From Azolla caroliniana (Eukaryota; Plantae; Polypodiophyta), in the NCBI GenBank assembly GCA_043228905.1, contig JBHGNT010000001.1:8060001-8124000 (forward strand): 64,000 nt of DNA, written 5' to 3'. This document shows positions 1-14,067 of this stretch, piece after piece. The notes beneath the pieces are model-generated. The model saw only the letters and a program-made list of their open reading frames with translations. It made no database searches and was not told where the DNA came from. The stretch's first letter is position 1. Each line of letters starts with the position of its first letter. A program made the translations under genes and the position numbers.

Positions 1-1397
1 TCCCTAAAACTCTTTATTGGTTGACAACTAATATCTTACTCATCTTATCGGTACCATTCAGTGTAAAAAGATCAATAAATCCATGCTTTTGTCTCAAAAA
101 ACTCCATTTCAGATTTATATTTAAAGTTAGCAGTAGCACAAACTTGACTTCATATGCATGCTGACATTTAAGGCCAACGACCATGCATAGACTCCTATAC
201 ATGTGCTGAAGTGCTAGCTAGCTCCGCATTACCCAACAATCATACCATATGGTATGCATGTGGGGTCCAAATCTGAATATGAATATGAATATGCACATGT
301 ATTATGTGTATGAAAATATCCATAAATTGGTTTTTCCTAGAGGTTGTCTTGTATTTGTTGTTTCATCATCACTTTCCGAAAATCCAACATGACTACAAAA
401 ACACTTTGAATGAGCCAAGTAAAAGTTTTCCTACTTGACTTTCATGCTTCTTTGAACATGCTTGGGGATTAAGTCTCTTAACATGTCAAACAAATCATGT
501 ACCTATACACGACTTTGATATGCAATGCAACCACACATCTTTTTCAATTTCCCATGTGTCCTACAATCACCGGAAACCCCAGTCATTTTCATCAATGTCA
601 AAAACTCAAGCATTATTTATAATAACAAAAAATGTAGGCACTTCATATCAAGACATTTGGAAACTACAACAGGATAACACGTATACGTATTTTAAGAAGC
701 AGAATTGATGTAGTGTTGAGTGATAATGTAAAGTATTGGCTATGTATAGAGGAAGAACAAAGTGTTCTTGGCACACATGCGCTTCCAAACAATTTGCAAA
801 AGAATCTCTTTTTATGAATGAATTGGTTGTTTTTACTATATGAAGTACGACAAACAATTCTAAGGTAGCAACCAAATTGATGACTGTGTCACACAGTTAT
901 ATGTAGGATATGAAAATGGAAGTGAAATCATGCTTATGTTTTCCCTTTCCTGAAATGGAAAGTGGAGAAACTCCAAAGACTTATAAGGTTTATATATATA
1001 CAGAGACTCTCTTCATGTAGTCTATGAAGACCCACCAGTTAATAATATTGTGACACATTGTGATATTGGGTATAAGTACGACAATATTAGCCAACTCTCA
1101 CAATCACAAATGTGCTAAGAAGGTGATGGAATTTAGACGGGTAAAAATAATATTGATACAACATATCTTGTGAAAACGTGGGACAGGATATCAATACATG
1201 CTGGCAGGCACTCATGGCAAAAGCCCTTAAAGAGGAACTTCATTGTTATCCTTTTGATAGCTTGGGAAAGAATGAAATGAATAGATTTATGTGGCTACTA
1301 TTCTTGTTCTAGTTAAGGATTCTCCATCCATTAACCCGACACACAAACCAAACAAAAGAAAAGAAAAAAAGAGTGACGCGAGTTGCGAATAACACTT

Positions 1398-4300
1398 TCA
1401 TCTTGCAAACACACCAGAATAACTGGGAATCTTGTTGAGGTGCTTGAGTGCCTTCTCAGCCATCTGCTTTGTCTGATTGTTACCATACCGAAAAGCTTCC
1501 ACTAATGCGGTATGGACATTCCCATCTTTCAAGATGGTGCGAGCCATGTTATCATCCCTCAGAATACACTCCACGATGCTCACTGATTGTTGCTGAGCAT
1601 TGTCAGTCCGATGTTCCCTCATGATATCAAGGATAGGCTGAATCGCTCCAGCACTGCTTAAAACCTGAATACCCCCTTCAATATTACCATTATTTTGTCC
1701 ATCCATCAACAATGTTGAAAGCGCCTTTAAAGCAGATTCCACCACTCTCATGTTCTGATGCTCAAGGCAAACCACAAGGGGAACCACGGCCCCAGCCTCG
1801 TGAAGGCAAAATGTTTGCTTTGCAGAGCATATACCCCCATGAACCTTGCATAAACCCACTACCTTCTTTGGCATTGATGGCCGCAGGCATGCTAGCAATC
1901 CTGGTCTAAGTATCACTGGCTCAGGTTCTGTTGATAATGCCCTGGAATATAAAGACATGTTAGCCAATGCGAGAGCCGATAGGCACCGGACTTCGTCGAT
2001 CCCATCAGGACTCAAAAGCTTCGTGAACAAAGATGTCAAATTGTGAGCTTGTGCAAGAGCTAGCATGTTATCCTCATGCAACAAATAGGTAAACCTATAT
2101 AGAATTCCCACTAGTCCTTCCTTAAAGTCATTGACAAACCGCCGCCCACCCACTTGTATTATGCCTTGGGATAGCCCATTGAGCTGCTTTAGTACAGCTG
2201 ACAATGCTCCCTCTCGGAGGAGAACACGTGTCAAGTTTGTGTCTTCGATGGGTAGGTTGGCTATGAGCTTTGCTGCAGCCGCTTGTTCTTCGGTGATCCC
2301 ATTAAACTCCAACATTCTTACTAAGGTACCCAGCTGTCCTGTTGCTACATGAAGACCATGCACAAGATCCTGACCCATATGAGGACATAGGTGATATAAC
2401 AACTTTACCGAGCTTGCTTGCAACTCTTTCTGTGGTGCTTCTAGGAACTGTATGAGACTCACAGTTGCTCCCGCACTCCTTATTGCCTTCACAATTTTGC
2501 TGACAGCATTCGGTGACGAAGCAAGCCCCACTAAAACTCTGAGAAGCTTTGCCTCAATGGCAGGACCAGTATTGCTGATCAAATGGAGCAGATTGTGGAG
2601 AACCGTTTCTGAGGTTATAGTATTCCCGTCCCTATCTAGGCGTATTTTCTCTAGGTCTGTACCTGAATTAACTATATTAGCTAATGTCGTTGCAGATATT
2701 TCTTTCAGTTTCATCGGTAACTGGTTTACACCCACAGCAAACAAGCTTCGAATAAGAGCTTGAAGAATGCCCGATTCAACTAGCAATTTAGCATTGCTTT
2801 CAAGAGTAGAAAGGTGGCACAAACATTTTAGCGCAGATTCCCGACCTGCCATATAACCACTTTCGAGCATTTCCACTAGAGTCTTTCCTCCAAGTTCAGC
2901 GGCTTTGGCCTTTCCTTCCCTGCTGAGCACCAGCTCACCAAGCATTGTTGCCATCTCTAACCGGATTTCTTCACCACCTTTTTTCAAGCAGGAAAAACGA
3001 TCATCAGCATTTCAATTCAATCAAAATGTTAATACTCTAGGCAAACACTCCATCAAAAATGATTGATCACACAACAAAAACAGTTTGATCAGGAATGTCC
3101 TTAGAATATCATAGCAACATTCCCAAGGTTAAAATAACACATTATGATAGCAAAATTTAATTGATATGGTCAATATTTATCACGTAAGAAATGGGCTATT
3201 GTTGTTTTACATTGAACATTCCCAAGGTTAAAATAACGCACCATGATAGCCCAATTTACTTGATATGGTCTACATTTATCACGTAAGAAGTGGGCTATTG
3301 TTGTTTTACATTGGACAATATCAAGGTTGACCAGGTTTTGCAATTATGATATTGTTATCATTCAGCGACAGCATTATCCAATATCGGGATTCATTGTAAC
3401 GTGATCATAAGTCCACGACACATAAAGGTCCACGTGGACAAGCACTTCGGGATTATGGAGCCAGAATCTCGATTAGGATCTTCCTTTTGGAATTGAAACA
3501 CAATGTTTCTTTCCCGACTGTCTAAGCCAGGCATACATCATATCGAGATTCGAACCTAAGACAATCTTTAGGATAATCACATCCTTGATTGCTTGTCACA
3601 ACAATATATCATTCAAATGATCAAACAGAGAATTTTCTCAGGATATTTGGGTGGTTTTCATGTTTAATTTTCCCCCTCATTGCCTCATTTATTACCCCTA
3701 TTTCCTTCTAATTTTACATTTCCCCAGATTTTTACAACTTACTTCTTTTAGCATACAGTTTTTTACCATGGCTGTTTCCCCCCTACATCCTACATCATTA
3801 CCAATTCCTGAAATTCCCAGTCTTTATCCCTCCACCATTGTCTAACAATGCTTACTGATATACAGCAAAATTTTAAATTTTCTCGAAGATTTTCAAAGTA
3901 TAACCATGTTGAAACGTCGCAAAAGTAATAATCAAAATCACCTCCATCTCTCCTACTTGTTCATCATTCCTCCATAGATCCAGACACACGCATAAGTAAT
4001 ATATTTTCCAATTATAAGGCACAAACCATTCCCATGGAGTAAACTTTAAAATATACAATGTTAAGTATCATTCTCGCCATTGAATAAACAAATAAAATCT
4101 TTAAAAATCACATACCTTCCTGTAACCTTGACAGAAGAGGCTTTAGCCTCCCATTCTCTGCCATTTGTCGTACATTTTGATCACATATTTCCAAGTTATC
4201 AAGTGTTTGTTCCGCTATTCGGACTGTAACAGGATTGTCGGCACTGCTGCTTACAGTTCCAACAAGGACCAATATGGCTCCAGTCTCCAAACCAATCTTT

Positions 4301-6373
4301 TCACACATAGGTTGGAACTTGGACAACTCATACAGAAGTAACGATGCCTCTTCCTTCTCCTTTGAACCATCACGGGATAAACATTTGATGCATCTACGGA
4401 TCGCATCTGTTTCACCAATTGCTTCCTGGAAAAATGGATTCACAGATTAAATATTGCTTTAACTTCACTAGAAATTATATTAGATTCATGAGGAAGTTTT
4501 AGGTCTAATAGTATATCTTTTTAAAAAGTAGAATACTTTTAAATACTTAGCATAGATATTGTACACGTGTTGTATCCTAAATATTTCAGAACTATGCTTG
4601 TACTCAATGCCTATGGTTCCTATATCATTGTACTTTGATGATCATATTTACATAGGGAAGCTACATAGTCTACATATAATTTATTTTTGCTTTAGTTTAC
4701 CAGACTTCTATAAGATTCACATGGATGTAACTATTGATAACAGTTTAGTCACTCAGAGCAACTACCTTATTTACATACCACTTAACTTAGTTGTATGTTA
4801 CTCAATTTCTATAAGATTCACATGTATGTAAACTCTGGTCTAGCAGGTCATTTTGGCCTTTCAAAGAAATTGGTAAAACATCACATTTCTTTTCCATCCC
4901 TCCCAAGAGAGAGTTCAGGAAAGCCCTCATGATATTGACTGGAAAGACCACATGAGTTTTTTAAATTGATACAGTAGACCATAATGTATATTTCACAACA
5001 CAAACAACTAGAGAATATTAAAGATATCCTGCTACAGGAAATATGTAGGTGATAGTTTATTGCAAAAGTTTAAAGATTTCCACTATGGTCAAACTAATGT
5101 TGAAAACCGCTGTCCAAGTTAAATAAGAAAAAAATTCTACTGTTTTATATACCTTGTTGTCATCCACACCCTCTGCCAGTACACAGAGAGTCGCCAAAGC
5201 CGAAAGCCGAACATGCTCGCTTTCTTTCAGGCAATCGGTAATAAGAGATATCAACCCCATGTTTCTTGATTTATGTTTATTCATGCTATTTTTCTGGCAC
5301 AATACCTGTATATCTAGAAGTGCACTAAGCATGTCCTGGTCAGAGCTCCTTGAAGCCAATACAGACTTAGCATTCTCAAGACGTAGAGTCTCATTCCTTG
5401 CAGTCCATTCTTCAATTGTATGCCTAAGGGCAATGCTTGGCTTCAAAGTTATGCTCTCTAGAACCTTTCCTGTTGTTGGACAAACTGGTCTTCTTTTGTT
5501 GTCTTTACAATCCTGAAACCATCTCTCAATTGCACTTCTTTCATAAGTTTGCCCATTCTCCAATGTCACAGGATCTGTCATCACTTTCTTAGTTAATGGA
5601 CAAATAAATGCTTCATAGAGTGGTTCTATGCGTTTCTTCTCGCGGTAATGATTACTACTCTCTTCAACAGAGGTGATAGAATCTGCATTCTGTGCCCAAT
5701 TATCCACCATTTGTCCTAACATGTTCATCATCTGAAGATCATAAGCTTCAGTCGTACCTTGAAGATCATTTTTAAGAAGCTCAACTTGAAGTTTCAAGGC
5801 ACTTGAACTGGTGCCATCAATGCCAACCGATCGAGCAATATCAAGCAACAAACCTGCTTGAAGATCTGGGTCATTTTGTAGATAAATGCTATCTTCATTG
5901 AGTAGCTCACAAATTCTTTCATCAGTATGCTTAATCTCAAAATGCGAATGTTGTAGTTCTCTTGAAAGTGACTCGATGACTGCTTTCATGTCTTCACTGA
6001 CCTGGACTGAGGACACTGGAATGAGACTGAGGCTTCTACCAAGATCATGAATAACAGCGACTAATTGCTGAGCAACTAGCTTATAGTGTGTGACTAGATA
6101 AATGCGACTTTTGTTACTGCATGACTTGATTAATACATCTGCTCGTTCAATATCGTGAATTAGAGCCTCGATGATTTCCCTCATCATCGGGGTTGTATCA
6201 CGATATTCTTGAAGCTCAATGCACACAGATAGAATCCGTTCCAGATAGGACGCAAATTGTCCAAAAATATTTTCCTCAATGGTAGCAGTTCGTGCAGAAT
6301 TTGTGACATTTCTTAGTTTGGAAATCAATGATTGCAAAAGTAAGGACGCGGCAGGGAGCTCCACAACCGGCAT
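1398..6373 (-). CDS. U-box + ARM-repeat E3 ubiquitin ligase, PUB42/PUB43/PUB44(SAUL1)-like, with ~250-aa N-terminal extension; ~1036 aa
   Basis: Exons 6373-5153, 4425-4116, 2977-1398 (3111 nt; GT-AG, phases 0 and 1 consistent). U-box YEAFICPLTKKVMTDPVTLENGQTYERSAIERWF...CPTT, then ARM repeats (QMAENGRLKPLL, CKVHGGICSAKQTFCL) typical of the SAUL1 clade. Probable 5'UTR intron ~6422-6747. Confidence 0.92.
3116..3313. repeat. Tandem duplication, 2 x ~99 bp, in U-box gene intron
   Basis: aacattcccaaggttaaaataac...ggctattgttgttttacattg occurs at 3116 and again at 3215 with few substitutions. Confidence 0.9.
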
Positions 6374-7116
6374 TTCGAAAGTATGTATCTGTTCAGTGGA
6401 AAGACTAAGTCAAGATCCCACCTAATATTCCAAATGACATAAATGAACCCTAAATGTGCTCAATCAACCAACGGTGTGTTATGCGTTATGTTGATATGAT
6501 GTTTGAAGCTATGAGCTGTGACATTATGATGTTTTGATGCTATGTTTATGATGTTAAGCTGTGTATGATGAGTATGATTATGTGATATCAGGAAATTTCC
6601 TGTTGGGTGGATTCTTTTTTATCAATGGTATTTTCATACCTCGTGTGAATAAATAATACTAATCATGTGTTCTAGCTCGTTAAATTTCTGATGAAAGCAA
6701 CAACAAAAAACCAAACAGAATATATAGAACAGAAGGATTAGAGGTTACCCTGCTTATGCGTGGTATATTTGGATCAAACAGGGCTCTGCGGAGTTCAAAG
6801 GGAGAGAGATGTGTTGCAGAAAAAAGAGCATTTCTCTTCGCCTTTCATTTGGTGAGGCAAAATCACCATCTCTCTCTGCTTCATTTCACTTCAGCGTTGT
6901 TTGAAGACAACTTCAAGGAGGGGAAATAAATGTAATAAAAATAGAAAACAGCTCAATTTTAGGGTTTCTGTGTGATCAGCAGAGAAGAAGAAATTTGGGC
7001 GAGGACCGCATATCATTCTGTTTGACCTAATCAAAGTCAAAAGACTCTGTGCACTCTCCCCACTTCTTCACTTAAAAAACAAAAATACACACATGATATG
7101 CGATGCTCTGTTTCTG

Positions 7117-7119
<3 letters not shown>

Positions 7120-7157
<38 letters not shown>
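7120..7157. repeat. (CT)n microsatellite upstream of U-box gene
   Basis: Direct reading. Confidence 0.95.
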
Positions 7158-7161
<4 letters not shown>

Positions 7162-10100
7162 CCTTCGTTTGTTAAATAAATAATAAACAAAATGGGCAGA
7201 AAAATTCCTTCCTTATTTTTGTTTGCTTTAGTATGAAATCTTGACCCCAAGCAATTTAGATTCTAGAAAACAATTGAAAATATGAGTATGTAACAATATC
7301 CAAGTCACACAATCACTACATAAAACTGTTGGAGTCTTTGAGTTTATTTTTGCTTCCCGTGTTTACCTCGATCCGAAATATTAAGTTTTCGGCTGGCTTC
7401 ATTTATTTTGTTGCTAGTTTGTGCCTTTCTTCGTAACATGAGAATCGATCAATCGAGAGGGATACCTCCTTTTGTGGAGATCGCCAATTGTTGGCACTTT
7501 ATTCATTCTCAGTGAATCCGATAACTTCCCTCCCAGTAATATGTTTGAATTAGCTTTCTCTAATTCTCGTGCATGAATCCTTGACTCTACCTTACATGAA
7601 GGAATGGGTACTGATCTTTAAGGGCATTTATGGAATTATATATGTTTGACCTAAGTTTTAGCTTCTCAAATGATCTTCCCATGTTTTCAGAATTGTTTCC
7701 TTAATCTTTTAAACTCAAAAGCAATTCATTAAGTGTTGGTGGTGTTGTCCAAGTATTATTTTGTAATTATCACATTCATGTCCCTTGGGTTGTTTAATTT
7801 CTTTTATGTTGTGTTGTGCTCAAAGGTCATGTGATTCTCTTCCGAATATTTTAAGCTAAGTTTCTATTTGTCAACGGTTTGAAAAGTAAGATATTTTTAT
7901 TTTTGTAATTTACGTGTTTGATGCTATCTTCATGTGATATTGAGATCATGAATGGGAAATAGAAAGTATTTTCTCAATGCTTAGTGCTTGGCACACAAAA
8001 AAAGTGGCCCTTAGCTCAAGGAATCCTATAGGCTATCATATGATGGAGGGCATCTTACCACCACTTCGAAAAGATGGAGGAGACACTCTCGAATAACCCA
8101 ACTAGTGTAATGTGAGAGGAGAATAAGGAAGATGCATACTATATGTTAGGTGCACCTTTTATAAACCATTGTATGGTCATTGGGACGGTTATGAATATTA
8201 TATGGAGCATGATAGACCCATTTATTGCCTTATTGACTGTAAGTTACAAGTGTTGGCAGCATGCACCACCAAAAGTGGTGCGTCTTTGGTTGTTATTATT
8301 CTTGCTAAATTACCACTGCCTTTCTGGTTTTGTCTTTATAAACAAACGCTCCCTTTTTAGGTGTACCTAATGTGTTATGCAATGGTTGAGGCAAAAACAA
8401 TAATGAATCAGAAAGGAAAAGGAAATTATGTTTATAAAGAAGTACATGAGTATAAGACTAGGTCAATATGAAGCAATAACTTGGGAGCTTGAGGTTGTGA
8501 TTCGTAAACAACAACAATTTCGAGAAATTTGGAAAAACGCAGAGGTCTTCACCTCTTTTGGAGAGAGAATAAAGTGGAGATACGCTCCACCAAGATGGTT
8601 TTTTTCGCCCCCCTATTGGAACAACCCTACATGAGGGCTTTTGATACTTGACATGCTGGTTTATGTGGATGTGAGGGTTGTAATATATTGTATGAATTCG
8701 TTGTAGCCTTTCAACATCTTTCCATTAATACCAAGGTGAATCTTTGTTAAAAAAAAAAAGACTAGGTCCAAATGTGTTGGTCGACTATTGGCATCGAGCT
8801 AGAATGGTCTTGCAATACTCGTCATTTGAACCCATACAATGGGTTCAAGTCCTCCAAATGAAGTGTCAAGGTGACAAGCTATTTCGAAAGGCTTTAGACC
8901 TAAAATTACATTGCAAATGGAGATGCTCCCTGATAATATCCAAAATCTTTCTTATTATTGTAGCATATAAGTAACATAAAGACAATCAACTGCATGGAGA
9001 CCCATTTCCTAATGTGGTCAAATCTCATTTCATGACAATTGTGGTGTTATTGCAATAAACCAACTTTGTGAACATTCATATTTTCACTTTTAAATGCCAT
9101 GGGGGTCATTTGGTATCCTATTCAAAGGATTTGAAACTCAAGAAAAATATGTGTTTCTTGCATATATTTTGAAGTACCGTATCATTTTCACTACCATTGT
9201 CTATACATGTTCTATTATTATTATCTATAAGATACAAATAGATATACACTATTAACTAGTACCTCTTCCAATACACCAAGTTCCATATATACCTTTCACT
9301 TTTTGGCCTATAACCATGATCCCCCTATTTTCAAAATATTGTTAGAACACCGATGTGACAACTAAAGTTGTTGAGTATAATGCATTCAAATCAGTGGGCA
9401 AGTGTACGGTTCTTTTAGTTGTGTGTAGAGCCATCAAAGGGACAATATGTAGGCTTTGATGCGTGTATGCAATTGATCTAACAAAGGACCACACTAAAGG
9501 GACCCTCCTTATGCTTTGATACACATTTATGAAATCAATGTCATATTTTGTTGTCGAAAGTTCTAGTTGTCTTGTGTGCTCTAACATTGGAGTCGTTAAA
9601 CATTAACAAGCACATTTTTACTCACCAACTTGTACTTAATTCATAAAAGTTCAAATAAAACAACACACCAAATTTGAGAAGCTTGGTGAGCTCATAATTC
9701 ATAGGCCTTGGAGATCCAAAGTTACCTTTGGTAAATAGAATCCTTAGGTGCCAATATAATATTTATGATATATTCACCTTGTTACGGGTAATTTTGTCTT
9801 TTTTCTTTTAAAAAATAGAATGGTCATTTGCTTGCTCCAAAACCTTCAAGCTTTGCAACACCTTGTTTTCTTTTAGGGTTAACTATGCAAGACCTCCTTT
9901 CTTACAAAATAAGTTCTCTAACTGAAAAAACCTCATAGACTCCTACAAGCACTCATGACAGAGACAAAATCCTTAGACAAGGTAGATTCCATATTAACTA
10001 CGGATAATGATATTGACGCAAACAAAAAAATTGAGTATTGACACGATGGAAATATGGGAAAAATGTTGCCATTTGTTGGGAAGAGCTACCAAAAAGAACT

Positions 10101-11416
10101 CAAGAGGTTTATTCCATTTCATGTCCAATGGACAAATTTTATCAAATTTTAATGTATTGGACATCATAAATAGAAACTTCACCTAGAATCAATATCATTT
10201 AGGAAAACATATTTGATTTAGATCCTTTGGAAGTAGGAGTCTTTTCCATATATCTCCAAGAAGAAAATCATAACTTCAATCAAATGTCCTCTCAATTAAA
10301 GGAGAGATACAATTTCCACACTTTACAAACAATGATTATTGTATAATAATCTATCTGGCCTTCTTTAATTTGAATGTTCATATTTGATGGTCATGTATAT
10401 GGGCAATATCTCATTCCATCTATTGTTACTCAACCTAGAGGTCTAAGTATCATACAAAAACATAACATGTTGTAGGAATAACTCAAGAGCCTCAATGGCA
10501 CTATCGACTTCCATGGAATCTTTCTTGAATATCAACAAATTTCAACATCTTCTACAAAGTTCGATATTTGGTCCTAGGGTTATTTTACATCATTGTATAT
10601 AAAAAGTTGTAAGCTCCTAGGCAACTAGGTTCAAGTTGTAGCCTTCGGGCGTTGTTTTCTTAATAATATTGAAGAAAATCTTTTATAATAAAAACATGTT
10701 GTTGGAATAGCTCATTAACTTCTAGGTGGATTTGATGCAACATAGACGTTTGTCCTACCAATAATCATTTTAATGGGGCAACAATTGGGAGGAGATTGTA
10801 ACTACATATTTTTGCAATTAATATAAAGTGTAATTGCATGTTTTCTAAGATCAATTTTCGAAATGTTGGTTGATGAAATCCATTTTGTAATTTCCTCTAA
10901 TTTGTTTATGATTTCCGTAATATATTTTCAGTAATTTATCTATCTTAATTTGTTGAAATATTTTGTTACGTTTCAATTAAATAAACAATTCAAATATAAC
11001 ATAATTTAGTCATAAGTTACTCACGAGTCATATCTATATTTCTACAAAGTACAAACAATTATAAATTTATACAATATTTATCCTTTCCCTCTGAGAAAAT
11101 ACATGTTGAGAGATCAAGCTCAACTTAGTTTAGTTAGTTAGTCAACCATGTAACTTCGTAGTTACCTAGATAGAATCTAGTTAGAAGTGTTGACTATAAC
11201 GACTTAAATAGGACCTTGTACTTAAGTAGGATATTCTAGATCCTCTACTCCCAAGGTCATTTAATATAGGACTTACACGGTTGTACCTATATTATCGTCA
11301 CACATGTGCACCCTTGCACATGAAATGTATATATACCTCATTGTGGGTATTTTTGTAGATGATGATGATAATGCTAATTTAATATAGTTACTCATCCCCC
11401 ATCTTGTGTTGTTCAT

Positions 11417-11419
<3 letters not shown>

Positions 11420-11453
<34 letters not shown>

Positions 11454-11456
11454 TCA
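11420..11456. repeat. (CT)n microsatellite
   Basis: Direct reading. Confidence 0.9.
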
Positions 11457-13809
11457 CACATATACACACACATCACTTAACCTTCCACTTATCAACTAAT
11501 CATATACTTAGGTACTAATTAATCCTTGCTTAATTACTTACCTAATTCTTAACAATACATCTAGAAGCAATTATATGAAGTTTATTCCTTCAATGAAAGT
11601 GTGTTGTCTTACAAGTTAAACTCAAGACATCATGTTTACTAAATAGGTGCCCTAATCCATTGAGCTAAGAAAGGTTATAGGTAGCAACTTTTATTTTATT
11701 TTCATTGCTAACCATTGTTGTGTCATGGTTAGGAATGACTTAAGTAGCATGGAAAGCAATTCAAACATAATGATAAACGTGGTTACTAATTGATATCCTG
11801 TTGTTTGAGCCTTATTCATTGGAGTGACCCCCATGGAAACAAAAAATTCCAACACATGGATGGAAACGGCTCTAACTCAACTCAACTCAACTTGGAGTTC
11901 CTCAAGCCAAGCAATTTAGATCCAAGTTGATTGGAAAAAGCAAAGCCTAAGGCAAGCCACTCTTAAGCTAACGTCTGAGACATGGTTTATCAACTTGAGT
12001 GGCTTGGAAAATGAGATTGGGAAAGAATCAAAGGTGAAGTGCTTGAGCCAACTTGACCCACTCCCAATGTGACCCATAAGCCAAAAGTTTCAAGATCAAA
12101 ACTTGGCTTAGCCACACGCACACACATGTACATATGTACGTGCATACATACATACACATATAACATGCAATGTTAAAGCATTGCCTCTAGGGGTAACATG
12201 GACGATACCCTTGGTATATAGTCTAACAATTCAATACCCTTTGGGGGGGTAATGTAGAAAATACCTTTGGTATATTGTCAAACCATTCAATATTACATGT
12301 TGCGCCAATTTGAATCTCCATTGTGAAACCACGAGTTCATTTTCAATTTTTGTGCTTCAGTGAACAAACATAATCATGAGTGACTGGAGTCAAATTGTGA
12401 ACAAAGAGAACCAATGGAAATTGAATGTGACACAAACAAACCACATCGAGTTCCAAGAAAAATTTATTTAGGTAAAATATACATATGTACTCAATAAACA
12501 TAGATTTTCGTGAGTATTAATAATATAAACTAAAAGAGGCATTGTATCTACTATCAAGTTAAACCAAGTATGTATTTGTGATCAATCATTAGTCATTAAT
12601 CATGCCACTAGAATATGGAGCCTTGTATTTATAAAGAATAATATCTATTCACATGACACATGATGTGTATACACTTGAAACCCAAACATTTATAAAGGCC
12701 TCTCTTTTTATATTTAGGGTGAGACTAATAATGAGATAATTATTTTATGCTAAATGTTCTTCTCTCTCTATATGTTTTGTTTTAAACTAAGATAATGTAA
12801 CCAATAAAACCAAACCAAATCAGATTAGACCATATGTCACTCACTAAGAGGGAACAAACAAACACATTTGGCATGTAGACTAAAAGGGAATTGTATCTCC
12901 CCATGTAGGGAAAGAGGGAAACGAGAACAAACATATTTGGAGAAGTATAAATAGAGGTCAAAGACACTGATCCATGAATGCAATCAATGGATATAATTAG
13001 AATAAATCCAACGTTGACCATCTATCTTTCAATGCCTCAGATGACATAATGTAGAGGCAAAAGGATTAGAATAAGTCACTAATAAATTGATTACGAGTCC
13101 TTGTGCATCTAAATCGAGAAGAATTGCCTATGTCATTCTAACTTCATATTTTAGAGTATGAGATGGGTATTCTATCTAAATTTGTCATATAGTTGGTATC
13201 TTTGTTGGGTGGACCCGTATGCTTGACAAGAATGGAGGACAAGTTTGGTCAAACGGGAAATTGAGTAATCTTTGTAGGGACAACCCTTTTTATGACTCAC
13301 CTGCATTAAAGCGAGGGTATCGACATAGTTCAAGAAAATACATGGGAATTAGTCAAATGAAAAGACAAAGCAAAACATGGAAGAAGTCCCATGTCTTTAC
13401 GAGAACACGAGGATACATTTTCGTATTCCAAGAGTCGTAGTTAAAGAGGACTGCTTTTGAAATATTTCAATTGCAGAATCTAAACAAATCGTAGGCATTG
13501 CAATGAGTGCCCAACAAGTTTTGCCCATGACATTTTAGTTTGGGGATGATGCCCGTGTTTCTAAGAACTGGGTTGGTAAGTATTATAGATGAGCAAAGAC
13601 TCGCCTGAAATACGTCCGCCCCCTCCACACCCCCACAAAAATGATTTAGTCTGTATTTCTTAGACACGTTTTAGTTTTTTTTTTTGCTAGAAAGAGTAGC
13701 TTCGGTCACAAATGTGCTCTTCATGTTTCTGGAAATGCCCGCCTGCTCTCTTTCAAGGGGGGTAGACTATAGTGTTGGAGAGAGAAGAGAAGAACCTTTT
13801 GGGTGGGGG

Positions 13810-13915
13810 AGGGGTATGTTTTAGAATAAAGGAAAACAACCCTTGCCTCCACCAGGGGTATTTTTCAGAATAAAGGAAAAGTACCCCTGTCCCCCAGAGG
13901 GGTATTTTTCAGATA
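13810..13915. repeat. Three 44-bp-period direct repeats (AGGGGTAT..TT.AGAATAAAGGAAAA...CCC) upstream of aspartic protease
   Basis: AGGGGTAT starts at 13810, 13854 and 13898; unit 2 has inverted ends AGGGGTA...TACCCCT. Confidence 0.85.
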
Positions 13916-14022
13916 ATGCATTCAGTGTCTGATCATTGAGGGGTCCACCATAGCTTTGACAAAATACAGCACAGTGTAATCACAGAGTAAGTTCCTGTAT
14001 GTTTCCTCCTCTTCCTCTTCCC

Positions 14023-14052
14023 TTCTTCTTCTTCTTCTTCTTCTTCTTCTTC
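14023..14052. repeat. (CTT)n tract just upstream of the aspartic protease ATG
   Basis: Direct reading. Confidence 0.9.
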
Positions 14053-14067
14053 TGATCTACGGAAGCT

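Noticed and set aside
3330-3600. B-box GGTTCGAATC on the minus strand in a U-box intron (possible SINE)
   Set aside because: No convincing A-box, tail or TSD.
1712-5516. Plus-strand ORFs overlapping the U-box gene (likewise antisense ORFs over WRNIP1, NF-YC, sigma and PPR)
   Set aside because: They are antisense shadows of real coding exons with no recognisable domains.
8100-10900. Short ORFs with weak LINE RNase-H-like flavour in the intergenic region
   Set aside because: Too degenerate for a diagnostic motif; probably old TE debris but not supportable without a search.
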